From an uncultured Nitrososphaeraceae archaeon (GTDB taxonomy: Archaea; Thermoproteota; Nitrososphaeria; Nitrososphaerales; Nitrososphaeraceae), in contig CAWIMJ010000005.1 of NCBI GenBank assembly GCA_963837175.1, positions 12,807-76,806 of the forward strand: a DNA stretch of 64,000 nt, read 5' to 3'. The first letter of the stretch is position 1. Each line of letters starts with the position of its first letter. Made by a program: the position numbers and the translations under genes. Under the pieces are notes generated by a model. It was given only the letters and a program-made list of their open reading frames with translations, made no database searches and was not told where the DNA came from. Shown piece after piece: positions 22,714 through 33,944 of the stretch.

Positions 22714-23260
22714 TGTAATACCTTTTTTAAATGGAATTATAAAAATATACTAGTGAGAAAAACTGAAATGTCAACTATTTACCACTGCTTCTAGCTTTTT
22801 CTTCTTTGTATATTCAACTACCATTTTTAGATGAGTCAATAAAACCTTGGTAAAGCTATATTAGCATGTTTCTATGTTTGCTCCCTATGGATTTATCACT
22901 CGTTCAATAACAATATCATTATAGTCACCGGGCGATGTTATAATGTTAATCGAAGCCAGACTATCAAAGCTTAATCTATTCTTTCTTTACGTGATCGATA
23001 ATATTTCATTCTCTTCTCTAATGATAACTTTTGTCTTCTTTCAATATTTCTTTACAAAATCACATCTAATGTATATTTAACCACGTATACCTATTAGTCA
23101 AGAAAGAAAACAAGGGCAATTGAACATTCGGCACATTCTCAATTCTTCCATTTATGCATCGTAAACTTCTGTCAATTACAAATTGAACAATAAACCAACA
23201 AATCCTTCTCTGAAGAAAATTCTCTTAAATAACAGACAATATTATCGCATATATTTAATC

Positions 23261-23300
23261 CATAATATATTGATACATAATATATTGATATATAATATGA
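23261..23300 (+). repeat. 15-bp tandem repeat in the promoter region of 23367
   Basis: CATAATATATTGATA twice, plus a partial third copy. Confidence 0.6.
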
Positions 23301-23366
23301 TTATGTATAAATGATATATAATACTTCTCCAGAGTCTAATTAACTACTAGAATTGTATTTGTTAGA

Positions 23367-23864
23367 ATGGGCCAGAGGCTAAGTGATATAAAGGAAACCA
23401 CTTCTAACGCAGCAGAAATCCTACGTCAAATTGGAACACCGGAAATGCAAATGTCTCTAGACAAAATCAAAGAAACCGCTAGAACAGCACAGTCTATAAT
23501 TGAATCACTAAAAGACCCCGCGATGGTGAAGAATATAGAAAATCTTCGCTTGACCGCCGAGACTGCAGAGAATATGTCCATGAAAGCTGAAAACATGGTG
23601 AAAGAAATTAAGCAGACAGGAGTTATTGATGAAGTAAGTGCTACTATTAAATCAGTCAGAAAGACTATAGACTCAGAAGACGGTCCTCCAAACTTTGCCG
23701 AGATAACATCTGCAATAAGAGAAATGTTGCAATCAATTAGTGCTCTCGTAGAAGAATTGAAATTTACGGTTGCATCTTCTAAAAAGACAGGCACTCTTTA
23801 TACCGCTGAGGAAACAGTAAGAGAAGCATCATCAGCATATAAAAATATAAAAGAATTAAAATAG
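23367..23864 (+). CDS. Helical/coiled-coil hypothetical protein
   Basis: 165-aa amphipathic helical ORF. Confidence 0.75.
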   Translation: MGQRLSDIKETTSNAAEILRQIGTPEMQMSLDKIKETARTAQSIIESLKDPAMVKNIENLRLTAETAENMSMKAENMVKEIKQTGVIDEVSATIKSVRKTIDSEDGPPNFAEITSAIREMLQSISALVEELKFTVASSKKTGTLYTAEETVREASSAYKNIKELK

Positions 23865-24094
23865 TCATATCTATCTGTCCAATATTGATTTTCTCTAGTA
23901 ATACTGTAATTTTAATATTTTTAGTATAGAGATTTTTTTACAGAGTCGGTTAATAAATAGTAAAATATCTATTATCTTAAAGAAAAAGCCTTATCTTTAT
24001 AAAAGAACTTCAATATATATTAGCTATGATATTTCAAGATAGTATAGAGATAATCCAAATAAAACCATACAACTAGGACAACAAACATTTCTGA

Positions 24095-24320
24095 TATGAC
24101 TTGAACAAACTCCTGAACGCTTAAGATGTTACTAAAAATATTCGCGAAGCATCAGACAAGATGAGAGAAGCAGTAAAGATCTCTACCAGAGTGGTGCCGC
24201 TGGCGAGATTACAAAGGCAGTTAGTGAAGCTACTGTAGCAGCACATGATACTGTTAAAGGAATTAGCGATACTGCAAAGAAATGCGAGAATGCGGTATAT
24301 TAAGGAAAAATGTTAACGCC
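24095..24320 (+). pseudogene. Decayed helical protein similar in character to 23367-23864
   Basis: Broken frames KNIREASDKMREAVK.. and ..EITKAVSEATVAAHDTVKGISDTAK. Confidence 0.45.
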
Positions 24321-24609
24321 GCTGCTTTCTTTAGCCATCTTTTTGAAAATGCTTCATTTCCTTCAAGTCTAATTCTTGTTTCTATTAGTCTAGCGTATAT
24401 TGATAGTTACGTTGTATTCTATTATTTTTTCTAACTAGAGAGAATTGCATCAGTAATATGCTAAAAGGACCTGCAAATATTCTAGCAGTAATTACCGGTG
24501 CATGTTTGGAAATAGTAATCATCATTATAACTATTATTGGCATATGATAATAAATAACTTACAAGATCTCTATAGCAAGCTAGCGTAAAATAATGTATGA
24601 GATATATAC

Positions 24610-25197
24610 TCATGAGGCATAGTACATTGAATCTAACTCACGATCAATCTCATTTTCAGGAACATCAAAAAAATCCAGTGCCTCTTTTAGTCGCATATTA
24701 TTGTTATTATATGATTTAATAACTTCGTTTTGATTTATTCTAGCCTTAACAACGGTTTCTGAGGCTTCAGTTAACAATATGTAAGCAAAAGAATTCCACG
24801 TCTGTAAATCCTTATCAGAATTTAAGGTCCTCAATAAAGGAACCAATTTTACAAATGATGCAATTATCGCTATTCTATATTTTTGCAATTGCAATTTGAG
24901 GGGATTGCTGTCATGCATTGACGGAATTTCAGAGCATATAATGAACTGATATTGATCTAAATTCTTTGCAATAGTTGCAGTCTGGCCAATATTTGCTAAA
25001 ACGGTACGTTGTAATTTAATATTTGTAGATATGCCTTCAAAAAGTCCATCTAACCTGTCTATAACTAGCTCCTGCGTCGTTATGCCATCTTTAGATAATA
25101 GTTTGCGGCATTTTTGGACTGTAGCAATATGTTTATTGACGATTGCTTGAAGTAATCTTACCATTTTATGATACAATATATAAGCACACTCACACAC
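24610..25197 (-). CDS. Hypothetical helical protein
   Basis: 195-aa ORF. Confidence 0.65.
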   Translation of the reverse strand: MCECAYILYHKMVRLLQAIVNKHIATVQKCRKLLSKDGITTQELVIDRLDGLFEGISTNIKLQRTVLANIGQTATIAKNLDQYQFIICSEIPSMHDSNPLKLQLQKYRIAIIASFVKLVPLLRTLNSDKDLQTWNSFAYILLTEASETVVKARINQNEVIKSYNNNNMRLKEALDFFDVPENEIDRELDSMYYAS

Positions 25198-25940
25198 TTT
25201 TTAAAAGTATAAGTTTGTTTCTAAATCTCGTGTTAGCAAAAAAATCAAATTATGTATCGTTTTACAATATTATGAGTAGCTGCAAAATATATGCGTATAA
25301 TCTACATTAAAGAAATAATTAATTTCAAGTAAATGAGAACATGTAAGGGTCCTTTTAAAAAATTATGATTTTGAAAATGTCTTTATCTTTTGCAAAATAT
25401 ATCTTTAGACTTACTTAAATATTCCAACACATGATACAACATTTCACAAATTCCCTGACTTCTTAGATTTTAGATGTAGTCAGACCATTTGAAACAAAAA
25501 AAAGAAACAAATTTCTGTTATAATTCAGAATTTAGAAAATTGCATTTATGTTCCTCAGAGCAAAAATGTTCTATTTTTAAAACACCTCTGTTAGAGTCGC
25601 CTTCTATATGTGGCCAACCTTGCTCTGAAAATGTCTTGCCACAATAAGCACAGACTTTGCTTTCCACTGCTTATGCAGAATAATAATCCATTATTTGAAA
25701 ATTTCCATGTGAAAATCATGATGATAATCTAAACTAACCTGCAATAAATAAGGATATATGGATAAATTGACTTATACTTCTAATAATACAGAGGTTCTAG
25801 GGTGGATAAATCCCATCTCCATTTAAATATGATATACACTAAATACTTGATTGCTTAAAATCTAGAGGTAATTAGCTTTCTAGCTTATCAAGTTATACCT
25901 TTGCAATTATTAGCCTATACTTATAGATTTATAGGCTTTC

Positions 25941-26534
25941 ATGACTGGCTTTTTTACAAATTGGGCTAAAAAGAAGGACCATCTAGACTATACAAAAAAG
26001 AAATTGAAAGAACCAACAAAGCCAAGAATTGAAAGTGTAATCAACAGAACTGAATTGCAAATTTCAAAACTTGATGCTAAAATTGCAAAAATGAAAGGAA
26101 GGGAGGAAGATGTATTTAATAAAATAGTTGATGCTGTGAAAACTCATAATACCACCCATGCAAAAATTTTGTCAAACGAGTTAGCCCTGTTACGCAAAAA
26201 CCAACGGACACTAAACCAAGCAAGAATGGCACTAGAACAGGTGTCAATGAGGATTTCTACAATTCATGATTTAGGTGAAATAATGGAAATACTTGAACCG
26301 GCAATGAGTCCCGTAAAAGGATTAAAGTCAGATTTTGAAAGATTAGTGCCTAGTACAGATATGGAACTAGACTATATGCAAATGCTTACGAACTGTATAT
26401 TATCTGATTCAAAGCAGAATAATGAAATAGATATTATAAATATGAATATTGGTGGATCATCCGAAAATAATGACACAGATCACATAATGAACGAGGCGTC
26501 AGCAGTTCTCGAAGAACACACCAACAAATTTTAA
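25941..26534 (+). CDS. cdvB: CdvB/ESCRT-III (Snf7) paralogue
   Basis: KPRIE...QISKLD...REEDVFNKIV...AKILSNELALLRK...ALEQVSMRISTIHDLGE is the thaumarchaeal CdvB pattern. Confidence 0.85.
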   Translation: MTGFFTNWAKKKDHLDYTKKKLKEPTKPRIESVINRTELQISKLDAKIAKMKGREEDVFNKIVDAVKTHNTTHAKILSNELALLRKNQRTLNQARMALEQVSMRISTIHDLGEIMEILEPAMSPVKGLKSDFERLVPSTDMELDYMQMLTNCILSDSKQNNEIDIINMNIGGSSENNDTDHIMNEASAVLEEHTNKF

Positions 26535-26923
26535 TCTCTATATGAGATCAGCATTAAAACTATGATTAATAATCAGATAAGACATATATATATGTAATAA
26601 ATCCGTTCATATAACTATTGTAACTATGAATTATTGAATATTTTTAGACTCTCAATAAAATTTGTCTAAGACAATATTATGATGATTATAATTGATAAAA
26701 TGATATCCAGGCTTAAGAAATAAATGCTAACTATCTACAATTTCTTGCCAAATAAAATTTAGTCAACAATAGCAAGATAAAATTTACTTATATTTGGAGT
26801 CGAGAATTATGTCATAACAAAGAATTTTCACTAGTATATTGTATATTATTTTGATTTTTTAAGCATAAATCCGTAAGATGATTGACTTGTGACAATCTTC
26901 ATTTTAAAAAAAATAAAAATATT

Positions 26924-27103
26924 TTAGCTAGTCCGAATAAGTGCTCTTACCTTTTCTTTGAATTCTGGAGTTATGTCTTCTGCTTTCATATGATGAGCTT
27001 TTATAGCATGTTCTGCACCATTTTTCATAACCTCTTCTTCTGTCTCGCCCTTTACAACAAAGTCACACTCAAATCCTGCTTCACGACATGTTATTGTTTT
27101 CAT
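26924..27103 (-). CDS. DUF1059-family small metal-binding protein (59 aa, not in the ORF track)
   Basis: MKTITCREAGFECDFVVKGETEEEVMKNGAEHAIKAHHM... Confidence 0.88.
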   Translation of the reverse strand: MKTITCREAGFECDFVVKGETEEEVMKNGAEHAIKAHHMKAEDITPEFKEKVRALIRTS

Positions 27104-27800
27104 AGTCTCGTGTCATATAAGATAATGTATTTGCTTATAAGAAGTTCTTATATGATAGATCTTTTAATCAAAAGACTTGCTTCATGTTATGTTCTTACGC
27201 GATGAAATTCTTTCACATCAAGTAATTGATGTGTCAACTATTATTTTTTGACAATAGTTTTATCATCATCATCTGCTAAACTACTATTTTATATATGAAT
27301 CAATAAGCTTTGGTATTTGTATATTAGCATGTTTCTATGCTTCCTCGCCATGACTCTATATGTTGTTCTTAATAACAATAGAGAAGTATCTCCACTAGAT
27401 TATAGATAATCCTAATTATATTTTATATTATATATTGTATTATATTATAATTCATCTATTAACACATAAAACAAATTCACTCCATAAAGGCAGAAAACGC
27501 AGTTCATATCTAGGAAACATTGCTTTGTAAATGGTGTTTCTATTTCTTTATGGTATCTAAAAAGTTATTAAATTTCACTCTTTTTTGCAAATCATGACTA
27601 AATCATATCTAAAGAAATAGAATCAAGGACAATTTTTTGTGCAAAGCTTTCTAAAAAAAGCAGAATTTTAATTCAACAGAGTATTGAGTGAACCCATTAT
27701 AGATCATATAGAAAGAAATTAAGGGAAATTGATATATCATATAGTACTGTTATTGGCTGCATCTAATATAACTCGAAAATAAGTTTCTGTTCTTCTCACA

Positions 27801-28157
27801 CTACTTTGGTGGTTGCAATCTGTCTATAGAAGACATTGTTGGACCTTTAGAACCAGTGTCGCCGGATTTATCTATTCTTTCTAAACGTCTACATAACATT
27901 TTAAAGCAATCCAAAACATCTATTTCAATTACCCCTGGCAGATGCTTGATATTAGGAATATAATTGCTTATAGTATAAAGATCTTGTATTCTAACTTCTA
28001 TTATGATATCACTACTTTTTAGATCATCTGAAGTAGATCTGTTTATGACCTGTATTGAATTTGCTAATAGCCTCTGATTACTATTATCATTGTCAAGCGG
28101 ATATTTTCCCGTATGAATAGAATCTTCAATCATTTTACATAGTTCAGAAATCTTCAT
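27801..28157 (-). CDS. Hypothetical protein
   Basis: 118-aa ORF with ATG start. Confidence 0.65.
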   Translation of the reverse strand: MKISELCKMIEDSIHTGKYPLDNDNSNQRLLANSIQVINRSTSDDLKSSDIIIEVRIQDLYTISNYIPNIKHLPGVIEIDVLDCFKMLCRRLERIDKSGDTGSKGPTMSSIDRLQPPK

Positions 28158-29010
28158 GATCTCTATTGATCATCTGTCACTGAAATTTAATATTTATGAC
28201 TAAATGTTGCTGATCTAAATCCTTTAGATATAACATCTTTTAAATGATGAAATCCAGTATATCGTAATTGCATTATTAATTATCTTCTTTTGAGTTATTA
28301 CTATCTTAATTACCTACCTATATATTACAATCTGGAGTAAAAGTTACTTTTTTTAGATTATCGCGTTAAATATCATTGATTCACGGCTTGTGTCTTTTTG
28401 TATATTTTAATTCTTATAGAAATTCTCCTCATCGCAAACATTGTTTCCATTCTGTAGGCCAGTTAGTCTACTAATATGGCCTGAGACGGCAACATTATTT
28501 CAGTCGATAATTGTGAATAATGTTGTTGAAGTCGCTACAAAGATAATATATCCATCTTGTTGTAGCATCTGAGCAAGAAAGCATACCGAGCCTTTCCCAT
28601 TGATACCCCTATTACTTTTTTATGCTTCTACCAGATAAAGAGCAAGAAATGTTGTTCTGATCTTTACTAGTGTATTAATATGAGAATCTCAATTAAACAG
28701 TGGTTAGCATATACATTAAATGAACTCTCATAATGTATATATCTATATAAATATGAAATAGCTGGGAACTTTATGAAAAGGCTTTACAGTACGGTGTGTC
28801 TTTGCTCGAACAAACCATTGTGATGTTTTGAAGAGAATAGAGAACCTATTCATTATATTCTTGCAAGATCTTAGGATGTCTCTTGACAGACTCAGATATT
28901 GATAGCATAAGAATATTTGGTAGATTTGTGCTACTTAAGCGCTTAATAACGATTGGATGCAGATGGTATTCTAGAAAGATCCTTTTATTCAGTATACTAT
29001 CTAACTTAAA

Positions 29011-29232
29011 TTATTCTTGTTGTGATTGTGGTTGTACCTTTTCTTCCTCTTCTAATACTTCATGTGGATCTACCACTATCTGTTCTGACTCTCGTTCTTC
29101 TTTTTGTAATTCTTCTGCAATCTTAATTGCTTTGGGCTGCTCATCTTTTTGATGTTGCTTATCACTAAGATTATTGTTATTATCGGTATGGACATTATCA
29201 TTTCCTTTTGAATGCCTTTTCTTTATTACCAT
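29011..29232 (-). CDS. Small acidic hydrophilic protein
   Basis: 73-aa ORF rich in E, Q and K. Confidence 0.5.
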   Translation of the reverse strand: MVIKKRHSKGNDNVHTDNNNNLSDKQHQKDEQPKAIKIAEELQKEERESEQIVVDPHEVLEEEEKVQPQSQQE

Positions 29233-29531
29233 TGCATCAACAAATCCTGACTATTAATGTCATGGTCTGTAGTATAGTATTCTCTTAAAAGGTTTTTCTG
29301 CTGATATTAATACTTACATATATAATTGCTCTTCTTACTCTTCGTTTGTTTAATATTCATGTGATTGTATGTCTCTCCACTGTTAACATGTACTAAAAAT
29401 ATTTATGGTATTTTTTTCTGCCTTATAATAAAAGTTTGGATGAATATTAGATAGTTGTTGTTTGACAATATGATTAACTCCCAATAAATGACATCTTTTT
29501 ATGTTATCTGATTTTATATATAAATAATTAT

Positions 29532-30260
29532 ATGTTCAAGTTATCAAATGACCAATATTGTGCGCACTATCCTTCTGTATTGATAGATACTTTTACATTA
29601 TACAAGCAGATATCAAAACAATATAGGGATCAAAATATTCTTAATTCTATCAGACAATTGGTACCCAATAAAATATTGAAATTGAGCAGTGACTCACTAT
29701 TAAAATCTCTTTTTCACTGGTTCAAAAATGACTTTATGAGTTGGATGCCCAAAGATCCAAAATGTAGAATTTGTAATATTCCTTTGGACATCCAGTTGAT
29801 AAATGGCAACTCATGGAAACTTCGAAAGACAGAAGTCCATACATGTCATATATGCGGCTCAAAGCTAATATTTCCTAGATATGGCGAAATTCTCAGGATT
29901 GCAAAGATAAGAACAGGAAGGTGTAGTGAATGGTCTATGCTCTTTGGTGCTATTTTAAATTCATTGTCATTTCAGACTCGAATTGTTCATGATTATCTTG
30001 ACCATTGCTGGAATGAATCAATGATGGATAGTAACTGGGTACATTTGGATTCAACTTTAGACTATCCAATTTCTTTTAATAATCCTCATTTCTATGAGCA
30101 AAATTGGGGCAAAATGTATGAATATGTTCTGGCTTTCTCTCCTAATAGTCTTGAAGATGTTACACAAACTTATACCGAGCACTGGGATGTTGTACAGAAA
30201 AGAAGAAGAAAAGGTAAAAAGAACGTAGAAGATTTTAAAACGATTTATTCTACATTATAG
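29532..30260 (+). CDS. Png1/NGLY1-type peptide:N-glycanase (transglutaminase-like fold)
   Basis: HWFKNDFMSW, two CxxC pairs (CRIC, CHIC), FPRY, RTGRCSEW, DHCWNE, WVHLDS, YEQNWGK and EDVT..Y. Confidence 0.85.
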   Translation: MFKLSNDQYCAHYPSVLIDTFTLYKQISKQYRDQNILNSIRQLVPNKILKLSSDSLLKSLFHWFKNDFMSWMPKDPKCRICNIPLDIQLINGNSWKLRKTEVHTCHICGSKLIFPRYGEILRIAKIRTGRCSEWSMLFGAILNSLSFQTRIVHDYLDHCWNESMMDSNWVHLDSTLDYPISFNNPHFYEQNWGKMYEYVLAFSPNSLEDVTQTYTEHWDVVQKRRRKGKKNVEDFKTIYSTL

Positions 30261-30589
30261 AAAATTAGAGGTTTTTATTGTCCTTTATATATACTTATAG
30301 TGGTAATTAATTTCCTTAAGTGTATTTTGTTAATTTTTTTACGTTAAAAAAGTAAATCCGATATATTTTGGAAGGATCGCCAAAAATTATGAGTCTTGTG
30401 TAAATTAAGAGCCTCATATTGGGATAATTAATTTTTAGTTAGATCTGCTTTAAGTTTTCAAAATCAAGATAAAACAATCCTCTCAAAACTTTTAACTTTT
30501 CTGTTTCACATCTATCGAGTTCCAAAACAAATACTATCAACTCAGCTCAAATTAAAAAATATATACACACAAATCACAAACACTGTGAG

Positions 30590-31006
30590 ATGAAGTCTGA
30601 TATTCATTCGGCATCCGATATACAGAAAATCTTAGGATTGAAGAATATTGCTGTAGTGGGAATGTCAAAAAATGAAGAGAAACCAGCTCACTTTGTGCCC
30701 AAATATCTCATTGATCACGGATATAATGTCATTCCTGTAAATCCAACTATCTCAGAAGTTCTTGGAAGAAAGTGTTACTCATCCATAGCAGATGTACCAG
30801 AAGATATAGATATTGTCGAGATCTTTAGAAGGTCAGAAGATGTGCCACCTGTAGTAAATGATGCAGTTAAAAAAACAGGAATTAAAGTGATTTGGATGCA
30901 ATCCGGCATATACAATGAAGAAGCGGAAAAGGAAGCAAAGGAAAATGGCATGGATGTTGTTTTCAATAGATGCATGATGGTTGAACACAGTAGGCTATTT
31001 GAATGA
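30590..31006 (+). CDS. CoA-binding protein (YccU family)
   Basis: IAVVGMS..EKPAH.V..YL..GY.VIPVNP, DIV.IFR, IWMQ.G and VFNRC. Confidence 0.93.
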   Translation: MKSDIHSASDIQKILGLKNIAVVGMSKNEEKPAHFVPKYLIDHGYNVIPVNPTISEVLGRKCYSSIADVPEDIDIVEIFRRSEDVPPVVNDAVKKTGIKVIWMQSGIYNEEAEKEAKENGMDVVFNRCMMVEHSRLFE

Positions 31007-31677
31007 TAAGCAAGGGACAGAATCATTATACAGAATAAAAATAATGGATATATATCCTTCATAAGACATGAATTCTCCAAAATATATCTTTATGCCAATC
31101 TGTAATAATACACATTATTACTATGCATGATGCATTAGCATCTTGGCAACTTTAACTTTTCTTGTGGTGGACTCCATTTGCAATACCTTATAAACATTTA
31201 AATTAACGCCACTTATCGCAGATCTAATCCATAAACGATAATGCATTCTCTGCTATTATAAGTAGCAAAAGTAGCAGAGGTAAAAATATCAAAATAATAG
31301 AAAAAAATTGTATTAGTTCATAATGGAACAGCCATCTGAATACTAAGATACGTTATAATATTATTATATATTTACTAGCACATTCTACCTTTTTATTATC
31401 ACATCTTTGACTGTACTGAATTTTGGTGTATCTCAAAAGTGATTATTAAGCATGATTGGATCTACCCATATTTATGTAGAACTTGCTGGCGATGAACATC
31501 ATTGTAAAAATATCATGATGCAGGTTGTTTCAGCAAAAGACTTAACGATGAATAAATCCATAGGAAAGACCTGGAGTTTACAAGATAAAGCATAATGATG
31601 TCGGCAGATTATATCACTATTTAGTTTTTTAAAAGTCAAGTTAATATTCAATCATTGCTGTTATTTTCATTCAACAA

Positions 31678-32106
31678 TTGAGGAATGAAAAGGATATCAG
31701 ATTAAGGATAGACATGTTTCAAGGACAGTCTGAAGCCATCGCAAAAATGTTAGTTAAGGCGCTTTCTGGACATAATACTCTATCTATTAAAGAATATTCT
31801 GCTAGGTTAATCAATCTGCGAGATAGAATAGAAGAATTAATGTGGGTATTAAATGAAAAAAATATTTCACCAAATCTTCTCGTTGAAGTTTACTCAATAA
31901 ATGTTCCTGGCAAGAAAATAGAATTTTTGACCGTGGGTCAAATAATGGAAAAATTGAAGATTGGTGAACTAAGCATGAGTGATCTTCAAGCTGATGTGGG
32001 CGATAAGGTAAGAAAGGCAGCAGTGCAATTAAAAAGTTTAAACCAAAAGCAAGAATTACATTACTGCCTATATAGGAAGACCTTATTACTATTATTGAAC
32101 AGATAA
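31678..32106 (+). CDS. Hypothetical protein
   Basis: 142-aa ORF, helical N-terminus ending ELMWVL. Confidence 0.5.
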   Translation: MRNEKDIRLRIDMFQGQSEAIAKMLVKALSGHNTLSIKEYSARLINLRDRIEELMWVLNEKNISPNLLVEVYSINVPGKKIEFLTVGQIMEKLKIGELSMSDLQADVGDKVRKAAVQLKSLNQKQELHYCLYRKTLLLLLNR

Positions 32107-32432
32107 AAGACAAAACTCATATGTTATCTCCATATATCATTTACAACAATTAAGATGTTATCTAAAATAATTAATTGGAATGAAATTAGACATCTGACTA
32201 ACCAATTTAATAATTAATAAGCCTTTTCATTGATATTTATACTTATATAAATACAACATTAAAATTAATAATAAATGTATGTGCATTTGCTGGTAGAGTT
32301 ATAAATTAAAGTTACAATGATTACTGCCACTAATAATATCTTCATTAGTTGACAGCTTGATTTTTTTTAAACGAGCCATCAACTAATAACCAGATATCAA
32401 TTTAGTATTTGATATATCAACAAAAATATATT

Positions 32433-32894
32433 TTATCTGCCAAATGGAGTCTTAAGCTCAAATCCTGCTATAGATGCTGCTGCATTGGGATCTGGGTCTT
32501 CAGTGGGTTCTTCAGTTAATTCAAAGTTCTTGTATGTATAGGGATTTGCCATGTATTGACTAAAGTTTAGAGTACCATTTCTAAACTGTCCTAAACTTAG
32601 CTTGTAACCCAATCCCCCAGCATCTACAAGCCAGCCTTCAAATATATTTCCTTCTTTAGGTGAGGCATTTAAGTCTGCAGTAATATTTGTCCGATGGCCA
32701 TTTGAATCAACGGAAATAGATCCCATTTTCTCTCCTCCAAATGGTTTTCCGTTAGAAGATGCCGTAATATCACCTTTAATCTCTTGTGCTTCAGCTATTT
32801 GCATCAGCAAAAACGAGGATGTCGTCGTTGATGTTATCAGCAATACCAGAACCGCTGCCAGAGAAAAAGATGCAAATGTTTTTACTACTTTCAT
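32433..32894 (-). CDS. Secreted protein with an RskA-C-like (anti-sigma-K) beta domain
   Basis: Signal peptide, FEGWLVD...LSLGQ...LTEEP. Confidence 0.65.
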   Translation of the reverse strand: MKVVKTFASFSLAAVLVLLITSTTTSSFLLMQIAEAQEIKGDITASSNGKPFGGEKMGSISVDSNGHRTNITADLNASPKEGNIFEGWLVDAGGLGYKLSLGQFRNGTLNFSQYMANPYTYKNFELTEEPTEDPDPNAAASIAGFELKTPFGR

Positions 32895-33189
32895 TCAAGA
32901 ATTATTAGTTTACAAACTATAAATACCGTCACTACTTATAATTATTCATCATTATAGTAGCAGTGGAAAATAAAACTCTCTATTACTATTATTATTACAG
33001 ATAATTCACATTAAATCTAAATAACAAAAAGTGACATTTAAGATCTCGATTACTTTTTAGTAAAAGAATGTCTACAAAACCAACTATATGAATAATGTAA
33101 GAAACTAATCAATGTACACAATACATACATAGGATTTTTTATAGGCAGCAATAATAATACTCACACTCAATATCAAAGAGTAATGGTAA

Positions 33190-33769
33190 ATGCCATACAA
33201 CAACACCCCTCCGAAAATCTCTATACGATCGAATCTTTGGGTTATTATACCAATTAGTGCTGTGATAGTTGCGATTCATAGTGCTAATTTGCTCCTACTA
33301 AATTATGTTCATGTCTTTACAGCTGTACTTTGGACTGGGACTGACATATTTATGGCAATGTTACTAGGTCCAGTACCTGAGAAATGTAAGTCTATCAACA
33401 CGTAAAGAAGTTATTTCTTGGCTTATGCCAAAGATGGTGTTTTATATGCCAACTGTTGCTGCTGTTACAACAACTGCTGGTTACTTTCTTGCTTCTGAAA
33501 TGGGTTTGATCACTCTAAACCCACCAGTTGTTTATTGGATTTCTGCAGTATTAGTAATTGTCGCTGTTATGTTTATACAAGGATTAGGTATTCTCCTACC
33601 TACAAATCTTCGCATATATTTTGAACTGAGAAAAAACCAGCCAGATATGTTAAGGATTCAAAAACTTATGAAAATGTATGTCAAAGTGGTTGCAATTCAA
33701 GCAGTTATGCAGTTTGTTATCATTTTCATTATGGCAGAATTTGCTACAGGGTTTTTTATGAAGTTTTAA
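33190..33769 (+). CDS. Multi-TM membrane protein (CopD/DUF2269-like), frameshift near 33377
   Basis: YVHVFTAVLWTG.D. Removing one C at CCAGTACCTG joins 33190-33405 to 33425-33769. Confidence 0.65.
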
Positions 33770-33944
33770 TCTATATCATAGAGATGTATTTATCGTTAAT
33801 GTAATTAATAGTAATAATATATACTCCTCTTATGGCGTATGCATCGTCATATTCAAATTGCTTTGAGCCTCCGATTAATTTTAAGACACCTGACTACTTC
33901 CCCCGAGGTAATTTTTTATGTAGTTAGAAGCAAAAATGGAGCAA

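Noticed and set aside
26882-27205. 107-aa plus-strand ORF
   Set aside because: Shadow of the real DUF1059 gene on the minus strand.
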